This document shows positions 10,903-19,729 of a stretch of 64,000 nt of DNA, one piece after another. Source of the stretch: an uncultured Chloroflexia bacterium (GTDB lineage: Bacteria > Chloroflexota > Limnocylindria > Limnocylindrales > CSP1-4); assembly GCA_963819655.1 (NCBI GenBank), contig CAWFXA010000003.1:448001-512000 (forward strand), written 5' to 3'. Each line of letters begins with the position of its first letter. Position 1 is the first letter of the stretch. Both the position numbers and the translations under genes were made by a program. The notes beneath the pieces were generated by a model. It was not told the DNA's origin. It did not search any database and saw nothing but the letters and a program-made list of their open reading frames with translations.

Positions 10903-11736
10903 TCAGATCGCCGTCAGGAACTGGAAATAGCGCGGCAACAGTCGAAGCAGGTCGAGCACCATCGCGACGCCGATGGCGCTCACGAGCAAGCCGCCGACCA
11001 GCGAGACCGTCCGGCCGTGTCGCAGAAGCGGGCGCATGAGCCCGGGCGCGCGGTCGTAGGCGAGCGCGATCGCGATGAATGGTAGGCCGAGTCCGATGCA
11101 ATAGCCGAGGAGCAGCAGAGTGCCTTGGGCGACCGTCCCGCTCGTCGCTGCCATCGTCAGGATCCCGCCCAGGATGATGCCGATGCACGGTGTCCAGCCG
11201 ACGGCGAAGATCGCCCCGAGCCCGAGCGATGCCAGCAAGCCGCCGTTCGACCCGACCAGTCGACCGCCGAGTCGATCACCTAGGCCCGGCGGTGTGTCTG
11301 GCGCCGCGGGCGATGCGAGGGCGATCGAGCCGGTCGTCGTCGCGAGGCTGCCGGCCGCGCCGGCGTCGAGTGGTCGCCAGGTCCGGTCGAGGACGGGGAT
11401 GCGCAGGATGCCGGCCAGACTCAGCCCGAGGACGATCAGCGTCGCGCCACCGATGACGCGGAGGGCGGGCAGAACGTCGACCAGGCCCTGCGCCAGGTAC
11501 GTCGCGGTTACGCCGAGGAGCGTGAAGACACCCGTGAAGCCGGCCACGAACGCGAAGGCGTGGCGCAACGCCAGCCAGCGGCCCGCGATCGGGGTCTCGG
11601 TCTGCCCGCCGGCGACCGCGATCGCGCTCAGCTGCCCGAGGTACGCCGGCACGAGCGGGAGGACGCACGGCGACAGGAAGCTGATGACCCCGGCCGCGAG
11701 TGCGACGAGGATCGTGAGATCGGTGCCGCCGGTCAT
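10903..11736 (-). CDS. ccdA: Cytochrome c biogenesis CcdA family protein
   Basis: SFLSPCVLPLVPAY and GWTPCIG; multiple TMs. Confidence 0.9.
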   Translation of the reverse strand: MTGGTDLTILVALAAGVISFLSPCVLPLVPAYLGQLSAIAVAGGQTETPIAGRWLALRHAFAFVAGFTGVFTLLGVTATYLAQGLVDVLPALRVIGGATLIVLGLSLAGILRIPVLDRTWRPLDAGAAGSLATTTGSIALASPAAPDTPPGLGDRLGGRLVGSNGGLLASLGLGAIFAVGWTPCIGIILGGILTMAATSGTVAQGTLLLLGYCIGLGLPFIAIALAYDRAPGLMRPLLRHGRTVSLVGGLLVSAIGVAMVLDLLRLLPRYFQFLTAI

Positions 11737-12026
11737 GCGGGAGTCGGCTCCGCGTCGAGGACGTCGCTGAGAAGGCGGCGAAGCTTGGCGGCGCTGGTCG
11801 CGAGCTCGAGTCGGCGGTCGCCGAGCTCGACCACCGGGATCGTCGTGAAGTACGCGCGTTCCAGGCTGGGATCGGCCTCGATGTCGAGCTCGATAAGGGT
11901 GGGGACGGGCCGACCCGTCCGCGTGCGCTCGTCCAGCAGTTCGTGGATCAGGCTTCGGGCCTCATCGCACAGGCCACAACCGGGACGGCCGTACAGGATG
12001 AGGTCGGGGAGGGGAGCGTCGGCCAT
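11733..12026 (-). CDS. Glutaredoxin family protein (DUF836-like)
   Basis: LYGRPGCGLCDEA...DI...IPVV. Confidence 0.85.
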   Translation of the reverse strand: MADAPLPDLILYGRPGCGLCDEARSLIHELLDERTRTGRPVPTLIELDIEADPSLERAYFTTIPVVELGDRRLELATSAAKLRRLLSDVLDAEPTPA

Positions 12027-12162
12027 CGTGCTGGGATTGTACGGGCGAGTGCCTTGGGGACCGGTCGGGGGTAGTGGCAAGCCGTCGCAGGGAGGCGCGA
12101 CGGCTTGTCCGTGACTGACGTCGATGCGCGGCGATCGGTTCCCGTGCAGGTGCGGGGCCGAC

Positions 12163-12315
12163 TTCATGCCAAATCGTCGTTACGCGCACCTAAGGCAGCA
12201 TTCCGCGGCTGTATCGGCCATCGGCGCGCCTGGGTCACGCACGAATTGGGGAACGTCGGCGCGATCTGCGGCCAGTTCCGAGCCCAAGCGTCACACGGTG
12301 ACGATCTGGCACGAA
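12163..12315. repeat. Intergenic imperfect inverted-repeat element
   Basis: ttcatgccaaatcgtc ... gacgatctggcacgaa (14/16 complementary, weaker pairing extends inward). Confidence 0.5.
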
Positions 12316-12353
12316 ACCGAACGACCGGAACCTCGCGGTACGATGTCGGCCGC

Positions 12354-12429
12354 GCCCCCGTAGCTCAGTGGATAGAGCGAGGCCGTCCTAAGGCCTGCGT
12401 CGGCGGTTCGAATCCGTCCGGGGGCGCCA
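12354..12429 (+). tRNA. tRNA-Arg(CCT)
   Basis: Cloverleaf: acceptor GCCCCCG/CGGGGGC, anticodon arm AGGCC-GTCCTAA-GGCCT, TTCGAAT, encoded CCA. Confidence 0.95.
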
Positions 12430-12442
12430 CGGTGACAGCAAC

Positions 12443-12465
12443 GCGGAGTCGAAGAACGGCTCCGC
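12443..12465 (+). terminator. Hairpin after tRNA-Arg
   Basis: gcggagtcg-aagaa-cggctccgc; no U-tract. Confidence 0.4.
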
Positions 12466-12601
12466 CGGTCCGGTCGGCAACCAGGCGACGACGTTCACTA
12501 ACGCTCGATCCGGTTGACGGGCCAACGCCGCGGCGCCTAGGCTCACGTCAAGGGCGCTGCGCGACATGCGCGAGGCCGCCCGAGGGATGGAGGGCTCGCA
12601 A

Positions 12602-12859
12602 ATGATTCGGCGGATCACCGGGATCATCCTTGGAGTGGCGGCCTTCCTGGTCGTGTACTGGCTCACTGGCGGGACGGCGACACCGGCCACGCCCAACTGG
12701 CCATTGGCGATCCTCGTCGGCCTGGTGGTGGCGCTCATCTGGCCGTGGGTGATGGGTCTGATCATGGTCAGGCGCGTTCGGCAGCGCCGCCAGGACGAGA
12801 TCGATCAGGAGGTCCAGAAGCAGCTCGCGCAGCAGCAGAACAACCCACCACCCTCCTGA
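12602..12859 (+). CDS. Small two-TM membrane protein
   Basis: GGAGG SD, two hydrophobic helices, Gln-rich tail. Confidence 0.75.
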   Translation: MIRRITGIILGVAAFLVVYWLTGGTATPATPNWPLAILVGLVVALIWPWVMGLIMVRRVRQRRQDEIDQEVQKQLAQQQNNPPPS

Positions 12860-12998
12860 TCCCCGGGCGAAGCGGGCCGCACGGCTGACCGCGGTTGAAT
12901 GCGCCCGGAGCCCCAGTAGCGTCAAAGGCTATCGGCGTCGCCTCAGCTCGCCGCGTACTGTGCGAGCGCGTCCGCGTGTGACCGCCGTTCCCCTAGGA

Positions 12999-13015
12999 CC
13001 GTCCGGGGGCGCCAC
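12999..13015 (+). repeat. 17-bp direct repeat of the tRNA-Arg 3' end (attR-like)
   Basis: ccgtccgggggcgccac is identical to 12414-12430. Confidence 0.75.
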
Positions 13016-13097
13016 CGGCCCAACCAGTGACTGAGTGCGGGTTCTCTCGTCTGATTCGCCCGACGTAGGCTGCCGCATTGAGGGGTGGCCGGGGTGA

Positions 13098-13574
13098 CTA
13101 CTGAGTGACCTCGAACGGGGTACGCATGCCGAGCCGATAGTGGAAGCGGATGTCCTCGACGATGTTGCACAGGAGGACGTACTTCCCGGGGGCAAGGTCG
13201 AGCGTAACGGACTCCGAGCCGCCGACCGCGACGTTTTCCGCCTCGCCGCTGATGGTGACACCCGTCCCAGCCTCGTCGAAGGACCCGCCGGCCGTCGTGG
13301 GCAGATCGTCGAGTGCGAGGTCGGTCCTGACGACAACCAGCTCGTGATTCCAGTCCGGGCCCACATTCGCGACGTTGAAGGTCACGCTGCCAGTCCGGAC
13401 CGTGGGAGATTCTGGGAGCACGGCCCACTCCTGGAGCTTGACGTCGACCGTCGACGGCGCTGAGCCGCTCGCGGCAGGTGCGACGCTTGGACTGACCGAA
13501 CCGCTCGCGCAGCCTGCGACAACCGCGGCAAGCGCAAGCGCGGTCAGCGCGACGACGAGGCGGCTGGGACGCAC
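13098..13574 (-). CDS. Cupredoxin (blue copper) lipoprotein
   Basis: Lipobox VAGC; type-1 Cu ligand pattern HELVV...CNI...HY..GM. Confidence 0.8.
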   Translation of the reverse strand: MRPSRLVVALTALALAAVVAGCASGSVSPSVAPAASGSAPSTVDVKLQEWAVLPESPTVRTGSVTFNVANVGPDWNHELVVVRTDLALDDLPTTAGGSFDEAGTGVTISGEAENVAVGGSESVTLDLAPGKYVLLCNIVEDIRFHYRLGMRTPFEVTQ

Positions 13575-13748
13575 GGCGGGACTCCTGCTGCGGCTACGCC
13601 TTTAGGGCCGGAGTGGCTCCCCGATCCGGTCCCGATCCGAACCGAGCGTAGGCACCGCAGTCTACGCAGCACGCGTTCGTCAATGGCGTACCACGTGACT
13701 GGATCATCGTGCGCCGGTGCTGAGCCCCCCGTCCGTCCGCGGGCGCTT

Positions 13749-16316
13749 TCAATGTCCGGTGGACTCCGGGCCCAGGACCTCGTCGATGATCGGGTCGCCG
13801 AGCGCGCCGGCGGCACGAGCGTCTTCCCGGCCCAGGGGGCCGCGTGCCTTCGCGGCGTGGAGCGCGCACGCGCGAAGCCATGTCGAACGCCAATGGCCCT
13901 CGGCGTCCGCCACGAGGTCCTGCAGCCATCCCCCCAGATCCGTCGGAGCTTCACTCGACGGCGCCGGCAGCTGGTTCAGCCGCTCCGACAGAGGCAGGCC
14001 GGGCTGGAGCAGCGCGACGACCTGTTTCGATTCGGCGGGGCCCAGCACGACCTCCAGGGCTTCACGTGCGAGCGGGCTGCCCGGTCCACCCGTACCGAGC
14101 TCGACCAGTACGGGCCCGAGTCGTGCGGATCCGTACCGCGCGAGCCGCCCCGCCCTGACGTGCAGGGACACGAGATCGAGCTCGTCGGACAAGGCGCGCC
14201 GGACGGGCTCATCGGTCTCGCGAAGGTCGTCCTCGCTGGCGACGATCGCGGTCAGAGCGGCCAGGATCCGACCGGCGTGTCGAACATCGTCCAGCAGCAC
14301 ACCATCGAGCACCGTCGCCGTCGCGTCGTCGGCCGGTTCAGGCGCGGCGACACGCTCCGTGACGATCACGGCGAGCTCCCGATCGGGGTGTCCGACATGC
14401 CGGCTGAGGACGTGGTCACGCTCGGCCGATCTGGTGCTGACCGCCCGAACGAGACGCATCACGGCCGGAGTGGCTGGCGATCCCGCGGCATCGAGCCACT
14501 CGCCCATCGACGGGACGACGGCATCCCCCAGTCGACCGATCGCCCCCGCGGCGGCTTCGGCCGAACGGGCGTCTCGGAGCGCCGTGAGGGTGGGCGCCAG
14601 CGCGGATCGGTCGCCGGCCTGGACCGAGTCGAGGGCAGCGCATCGGACGGCCAAATCGTCGTCCTCGAGGAGTGCGCCGAACTCGGCCCGGTCCGTCGAG
14701 TCGAGCGCCTCGAGGGCCTGGGCGGCTCGCAAGCGGACGGCCGGGGAAGCCAAGCCCACGCTGGCGCGGATCTCGTCTGCCAGCCGTCGCCGGGCATGTT
14801 CGTCGCCCGACGCCGCCAACCCGGCGAGCGAGGAGATCCGGATGTCCGGACGCGGATCCTCCGCCAGGCCGTCGAGCTCGGCTTGCAACGCCGGCGATGA
14901 CATCGTGGTGAGCAGATCGAGGCCAAGCCGCATCGCGCGGGCGTCCTGGCTCGATAGCAGCCGCCGGGCGATGGCCTCGTCCTCGGGCGTCGCGTCGAGG
15001 TCGGCGATCGGGACAAGGAGTGGACGACGTTGCAGCGCGTGGACGAGCGCTGGACCATAGGCGCGGTACAGGAGGATCCCCGTCCACGTCCAGACGGCGC
15101 ACACGATCGTCGTGACCCCGATGGTCGCGATGAGTGCGAACGGGAGGACATTGAGGATGAGGATGAGCACGCCAGATATGCCGATCGCGACCGGCACCCC
15201 GATCCCTTCGACAGCGGTCTGCACGGACAGGCGATCGCGCTCCGGGAGCACCTGGTATGTCGCGTTGATCGATGTGCGCGTCGTGCCATCGGTCAAGGCG
15301 ATGTCGGCGATGCGGGCCGCCGACACGGTCGCAAGGAGCGCGAACGACGTGCCACCGCTCAGCGCGAGCATCGCGATCATGGCGACAGCAAAGACTGTGA
15401 GCACCAGCGGATTGGCCGCGATGCCGAGCCTGAGGCCGAAGCGGCGTAGCAAGGGGCCCGCCAGCGCGAACAGGAACGCGATGCTCACGGCGTTCATGAC
15501 CGCGGTGTAGCCGGCGAGGAATCGAGCCAGGTCCGCGGGGTCCGGGTACTGCGCGATCGCGCGGTCGTAGACCAGAAAGTCGGCGAGCTGGCTGCCGAGT
15601 GCCGAGAGGACCTGATAGGCAAGGATGAACAGGACGAACCGGCTTGCGAATGACCTCCGAAGGGAAGGACGGGTGGTGCGGTCAGCCGCACCCGCGAGCC
15701 CATCCGGCGCCGGTCGGGATCCGGGCGAGCCGAGCTGCCGGGCGTACCGCCGGCCGGTCGCCCAGACGAGCGTGGCGAACACCGCCTGGGCGAGCGCGGT
15801 CGCCAGAAGGAGGTCCTCCGGCCGACCGAACCAGGTCACCAGCTGGGCACCGAGCAGGCCCCCGATGACCGCACCGGCAGGGAAACCGGCCATGATCCTC
15901 GGAAAGCTGGCCTTGATCCCGGCGATGTCGAGCAGCCGGCCGGCCTGCCCGCCGATGAACACGAAGCCGAGCTGGATCAGGATCGGAAACAGGATCAGCA
16001 GTGGCACCGATACCCACGCGGCGCCGGCCCGAGCGACGATCCACGAGACTCCGAGCCCGACTGCCGCAGCACCGAGCACGACGAGTGCGATGCCCAGGAG
16101 ATCGAACCGCTGGGCCGTGCGGGCGATCGCACCCGAGACGGCGATCCCGGCGGCGCCGATCGCGATGTAGGTCGCAGGAAGCCAGGCCGATCCATACGTG
16201 TCGAGGAACATCGCGTTGGCGACGATGCCCAGCAGAGCGGCCATCGCGCCGAATGCCACCGCCTGAGCCGTCAGCCAGTGGACAGCTCCGCCCGTCGATC
16301 CACGTGGATCGGTCAC
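13749..16316 (-). CDS. Npt1/TLC-like MFS-type transporter fused to HEAT-like repeats
   Basis: ~12 TM N-terminal half, then HEAT-like repeats (DPRPDIRISSL, PAVRLRAAQAL, DLAVRCAAL) and W-LRACA tail. Confidence 0.75.
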   Translation of the reverse strand: MTDPRGSTGGAVHWLTAQAVAFGAMAALLGIVANAMFLDTYGSAWLPATYIAIGAAGIAVSGAIARTAQRFDLLGIALVVLGAAAVGLGVSWIVARAGAAWVSVPLLILFPILIQLGFVFIGGQAGRLLDIAGIKASFPRIMAGFPAGAVIGGLLGAQLVTWFGRPEDLLLATALAQAVFATLVWATGRRYARQLGSPGSRPAPDGLAGAADRTTRPSLRRSFASRFVLFILAYQVLSALGSQLADFLVYDRAIAQYPDPADLARFLAGYTAVMNAVSIAFLFALAGPLLRRFGLRLGIAANPLVLTVFAVAMIAMLALSGGTSFALLATVSAARIADIALTDGTTRTSINATYQVLPERDRLSVQTAVEGIGVPVAIGISGVLILILNVLPFALIATIGVTTIVCAVWTWTGILLYRAYGPALVHALQRRPLLVPIADLDATPEDEAIARRLLSSQDARAMRLGLDLLTTMSSPALQAELDGLAEDPRPDIRISSLAGLAASGDEHARRRLADEIRASVGLASPAVRLRAAQALEALDSTDRAEFGALLEDDDLAVRCAALDSVQAGDRSALAPTLTALRDARSAEAAAGAIGRLGDAVVPSMGEWLDAAGSPATPAVMRLVRAVSTRSAERDHVLSRHVGHPDRELAVIVTERVAAPEPADDATATVLDGVLLDDVRHAGRILAALTAIVASEDDLRETDEPVRRALSDELDLVSLHVRAGRLARYGSARLGPVLVELGTGGPGSPLAREALEVVLGPAESKQVVALLQPGLPLSERLNQLPAPSSEAPTDLGGWLQDLVADAEGHWRSTWLRACALHAAKARGPLGREDARAAGALGDPIIDEVLGPESTGH

Positions 16317-16747
16317 CCGGGCGTCGTATCGGTCTCGGACTGGGCTCGTTCGCGCACCATCGCGACGAGCGCGCCGATGATCCCGGCCGCAAGCGCGGGT
16401 CGATCAGCGAGCAGCTCCTCGAGCAGGGGCCTGTCGATCCGAAGCAGCGTCGTCGGCTCGAGCGCGGTCACCGATGCCGACCGCGGCTCGGGAACGAGGG
16501 CGGCCAGCTCACCGACCGTCGACCCGGGACCCAGGTGAGTGATGCTGCGCTCGCCGTGGTGTACGCGGAGCCGGCCGCGCACGACCGCGTACATGTGCTC
16601 TTCCATCGCTCCCTCGGCGATGACCACCGTTCCCGCCCCGACCTCGACCTCGGTCGCACGCCGGGCGAGGGCGGCGAGAGTACGGCCCGGGACGTCGGCG
16701 AAGAGACCGACTCGATGGAGAGCGACGACGCGCTCGACGGTGGTCAT
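16313..16747 (-). CDS. Stand-alone cyclic-nucleotide-binding domain protein
   Basis: ERVVALHRVGLFA, VIAEG, GELAALVPEPRSASVTA; overlaps both neighbours. Confidence 0.9.
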   Translation of the reverse strand: MTTVERVVALHRVGLFADVPGRTLAALARRATEVEVGAGTVVIAEGAMEEHMYAVVRGRLRVHHGERSITHLGPGSTVGELAALVPEPRSASVTALEPTTLLRIDRPLLEELLADRPALAAGIIGALVAMVRERAQSETDTTPG

Positions 16748-18486
16748 CACCTGGCGGCCCCCAACGGACGCAGGCGTGCGGCGAGATCCTGGGCACGGAG
16801 CGGGCGGAGCCAGGCTCGAGCGTAGAGCTCGCCCGGGATCATGATCACCTCGACGTCGCGTTCGGCGACGATCTCGCTGTTTCGCTCGGCCCGCCGGATC
16901 ACGCCCGTCGTCCCGACCGGCACCCACGGCGGCAGAGGCGACGGAGCGTAGCCACCGTCGGGCCGGACAACCAGCCCGGGGCCGGTGGGGACGTAGACGA
17001 ACGACGGCGGCGAGCCAGGGGCGACGAGAACCTCGCCCGAACGGAGCGTCGCCCGGCAGGCGTCGGCAAACGCGACCGGTCGATCGAGGTCCGTCGTCTC
17101 TACACCATGCTCCGCCATCAGCCTGAGGAGCTCGTCCGCCTCGAGCCCGGCGCCATCGACCGGGGTGGCGAAGAAGAAACGACGTTGCTCATCTGGTGCC
17201 GCTCCTTCGGTGTCGGCGACCGTCACCAGTCGCCGGGCGAGCGTGGGATCGCGCTCGGCCACGAGGGCCGCGACCTCGTCGGCGAAGACGGGCCGGTCGT
17301 CGGGCCGCTCGAGCTGGATCTTGACATCGTCGATCGAGCGGGTCGTGGGTTGCAGCCCGCCCCCGACGGAATGGCCACCGAAGGACGGGATGACGTCCGC
17401 CTCGATGTCCGCGATGACGCTCGCGACGCTCTCCGCCGCTCGGCGAGCGGCCGCCGCGCTGCCGAAGGCGCCGCGGTGGAACGCGATGCGCAGGTGCCCC
17501 TGCGGCGTGACGAACGCGACGCGGATGTTGGCCTCGCCGGCGCCACGATCGTCGTCGTAGATGATCACGTACGCTGCGTCACCGGTCGCGGGCCGCAGCG
17601 TGCACACGGCGCGCGCCGTCTCTGCGTCCATGCAGATCTCGAACCCACCCGATGTGCGAAGGACGGTGCCCCGCTGTCGCAACACGTCCGCCGCGCGCAG
17701 CGCCCGCAGCGCGTCCACGACGTCATCGGCGAGCTCGGCTTGCGGGCCGCTCGGCGCGGTGAGCCACGCGAACGACTGCGAGGGATCGTCGTAGGCATCC
17801 GTGTTGGCGTCTGTCGGTATCGCTGACGTGTCCGCTGCCCGCGGCAGCTGCTTGCCGGCACGATGGTCGTCGAGGTCCGTGAAGATCACGCGCTGCAGCA
17901 CTCGGCGGAGCGCGATCCGGTCGTTGAGCACCGCCGCCGGGATCGCCGACTTGCTGTGGGCGACGCTCATGCTGAGCATTTCGCGAACGACGATCTCGAG
18001 CCCCGTCGCAAATGGAGCCTCATCGGCGATCTCGTCCAGCCGACTGCGCACTGGCCCGATCGCGAGGAGATGCTCGACCAGCGGCGTGACATCGGGACCG
18101 AATGCCGCATGCGCCGCGAACAATGCGTGCACACGGCGCCCCGACGGGGTCATGTCCACCATGCCGATGTCATGGAGGTACGCGATGGCGACGCCGAGCG
18201 CGTGGACGAACCGATCGCGGTCCGCGGCACGGCCTGGGAGCAGCACGCCGTTGATCGTGTCGAGCAGTCGGATGAGTCCGATCGCGACATCCCGGGCGTG
18301 GACGACACCATGGTCGGCGAAGATCGCCGGGTGGGTCCCCGGATCGGCCAGGAAGGCCGGATCGTCGTGCAGGACTTCGAACGTCGCCTGGGCCTCGATC
18401 GGTCGCCAGAAACGCTCTTCGAGATAGGTCCGAACGGGGCGAGGCAGATAGTCATCGAGCACCGCGACCGGACCCCTCTCCTCCAT
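16747..18486 (-). CDS. HD-domain phosphohydrolase with C-terminal cNMP-binding-like domain
   Basis: DHGVVH, YLHDIGM, RVH, AHS, LRAADVL; C-terminal GEVLVAPG..PSFVYV...GTTGVIRRAERNSEIVA. Confidence 0.75.
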   Translation of the reverse strand: MEERGPVAVLDDYLPRPVRTYLEERFWRPIEAQATFEVLHDDPAFLADPGTHPAIFADHGVVHARDVAIGLIRLLDTINGVLLPGRAADRDRFVHALGVAIAYLHDIGMVDMTPSGRRVHALFAAHAAFGPDVTPLVEHLLAIGPVRSRLDEIADEAPFATGLEIVVREMLSMSVAHSKSAIPAAVLNDRIALRRVLQRVIFTDLDDHRAGKQLPRAADTSAIPTDANTDAYDDPSQSFAWLTAPSGPQAELADDVVDALRALRAADVLRQRGTVLRTSGGFEICMDAETARAVCTLRPATGDAAYVIIYDDDRGAGEANIRVAFVTPQGHLRIAFHRGAFGSAAAARRAAESVASVIADIEADVIPSFGGHSVGGGLQPTTRSIDDVKIQLERPDDRPVFADEVAALVAERDPTLARRLVTVADTEGAAPDEQRRFFFATPVDGAGLEADELLRLMAEHGVETTDLDRPVAFADACRATLRSGEVLVAPGSPPSFVYVPTGPGLVVRPDGGYAPSPLPPWVPVGTTGVIRRAERNSEIVAERDVEVIMIPGELYARAWLRPLRAQDLAARLRPLGAAR

Positions 18487-18600
18487 CGACACACAGTAAC
18501 CGCTTGGTATCAGGGCCTCACGCCCAGCTCACACTGCCGCGTACCGTGTCAGGGGTCGTTGTGTGCGACTGCGCCTCCGATCCGCCCGACTCCGAGAATT

Positions 18601-18634
18601 GTCGACCCCTTCGGTCTGATCCGAAGGGGTCGAC
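18601..18634. terminator. Perfect 14-bp hairpin, probable terminator
   Basis: gtcgaccccttcgg-tctgat-ccgaaggggtcgac, 22 bp past the stop of the minus-strand gene ending at 18657. Confidence 0.7.
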
Positions 18635-18656
18635 TCCTTTTCGAGCGACGGAAGGG

Positions 18657-19514
18657 TTACTTGCCCTTCTTCGACTTCGATCCCTGACCGTCGCCGCCTT
18701 GGCTCTTGGTCTTGTCCTTGGCGGCCTTTCGCTCGGCGCGGGCAGCCGCCTTGTCCTGCTTGTTCGACTCCTTGACCTGGGAGGTCGCTGAGTCAGCCGC
18801 CGCGCCGGCGACCGCCGCCGGCGGCAGCGCACCCGGGTTCTTGCCCTTCGTGGCGAAGTAGCTGACGCAGTCGCCCTGGTTCTTGAAGCTGTTGCCGGCG
18901 TTGTCGATCATCGACTGCCAGCCGCCGTGCTTGCACTCATCCTTCGTGGGCACGTCTTCGGTCACGACGACGTTGTCGATGGCCGGTCCGAAGGCGCCAG
19001 CGGTGGTGCTGACGAAGCTGAGCGTCGTGCTTGCGCTCGTCGCAAGGAACGAGTACGTCTCCGGCCTCCAGTTCATGTTGGTCAGATCGTTCCCGGTGAC
19101 GTCATACGAGTAGAGGCCGACCGCTCCGCCGGTCGCGCTGACCTCGAGCGTCTTCACACTCGGAAGCCCTGCCGGATTGCCCGACAAGTGGAACGAGACG
19201 TTGTACGTGTTGCCGATGGTCGTCGCGAGCGTCTGGCTCAGCGTGCCCGCGTCGACGCCGCTCATATCGATGCTCATCGACCCATCCTGGGCGGGCCAGT
19301 ACGTGCGGATCCAGTCGACGCTATTTCCACCCACGGTCCAGCCCGTGATGCTCGCATTCGGGGCATTCAATTGCTGGAACCCGGATCCGTTGTCGAGGTA
19401 CGTGCCGGTGTCGAAGCTGCCGTTGGTCAGCCCGGTGAAGGCCAGTGTTGGTCCTGCGAACGCGATGGCAGCCAAGAATCCGAACAGCGTGCCAAGGCCA
19501 GATCGTCTCTTCAC
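18657..19514 (-). CDS. Secreted DUF642/choice-of-anchor C-like protein
   Basis: Signal peptide; NGSFD...ITGWTV...SVDWI...SIDMSG...GPAIDNV; tail CKHGGW...FKNQGDCVSY; GGAGG SD. Confidence 0.75.
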   Translation of the reverse strand: MKRRSGLGTLFGFLAAIAFAGPTLAFTGLTNGSFDTGTYLDNGSGFQQLNAPNASITGWTVGGNSVDWIRTYWPAQDGSMSIDMSGVDAGTLSQTLATTIGNTYNVSFHLSGNPAGLPSVKTLEVSATGGAVGLYSYDVTGNDLTNMNWRPETYSFLATSASTTLSFVSTTAGAFGPAIDNVVVTEDVPTKDECKHGGWQSMIDNAGNSFKNQGDCVSYFATKGKNPGALPPAAVAGAAADSATSQVKESNKQDKAAARAERKAAKDKTKSQGGDGQGSKSKKGK

Positions 19515-19729
19515 GGGAATCCTCCCTGCCGAATGGCAGTGGTGCAGGACGAACCTCAGGGGCTGGGAATGCCCGTCCTCGTGACCACGGCGGCGAGCCC
19601 CCGGGGTGGTCAACAGTCCAAACCCTAGGCGCGGGAGCAGGCTCGCAACAGCGGCCTAATGGTCCGGCCCGGTCGTGGTCACGACGTCCGGGGAGGCTTC
19701 GTCAGGCTTTTTGGCCCGTCATGTGCCGA

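Noticed and set aside
19515-19729. c-di-GMP or other riboswitch upstream of the DUF642-like gene
   Set aside because: An 11-bp inverted repeat exists, but I could not match any riboswitch consensus.
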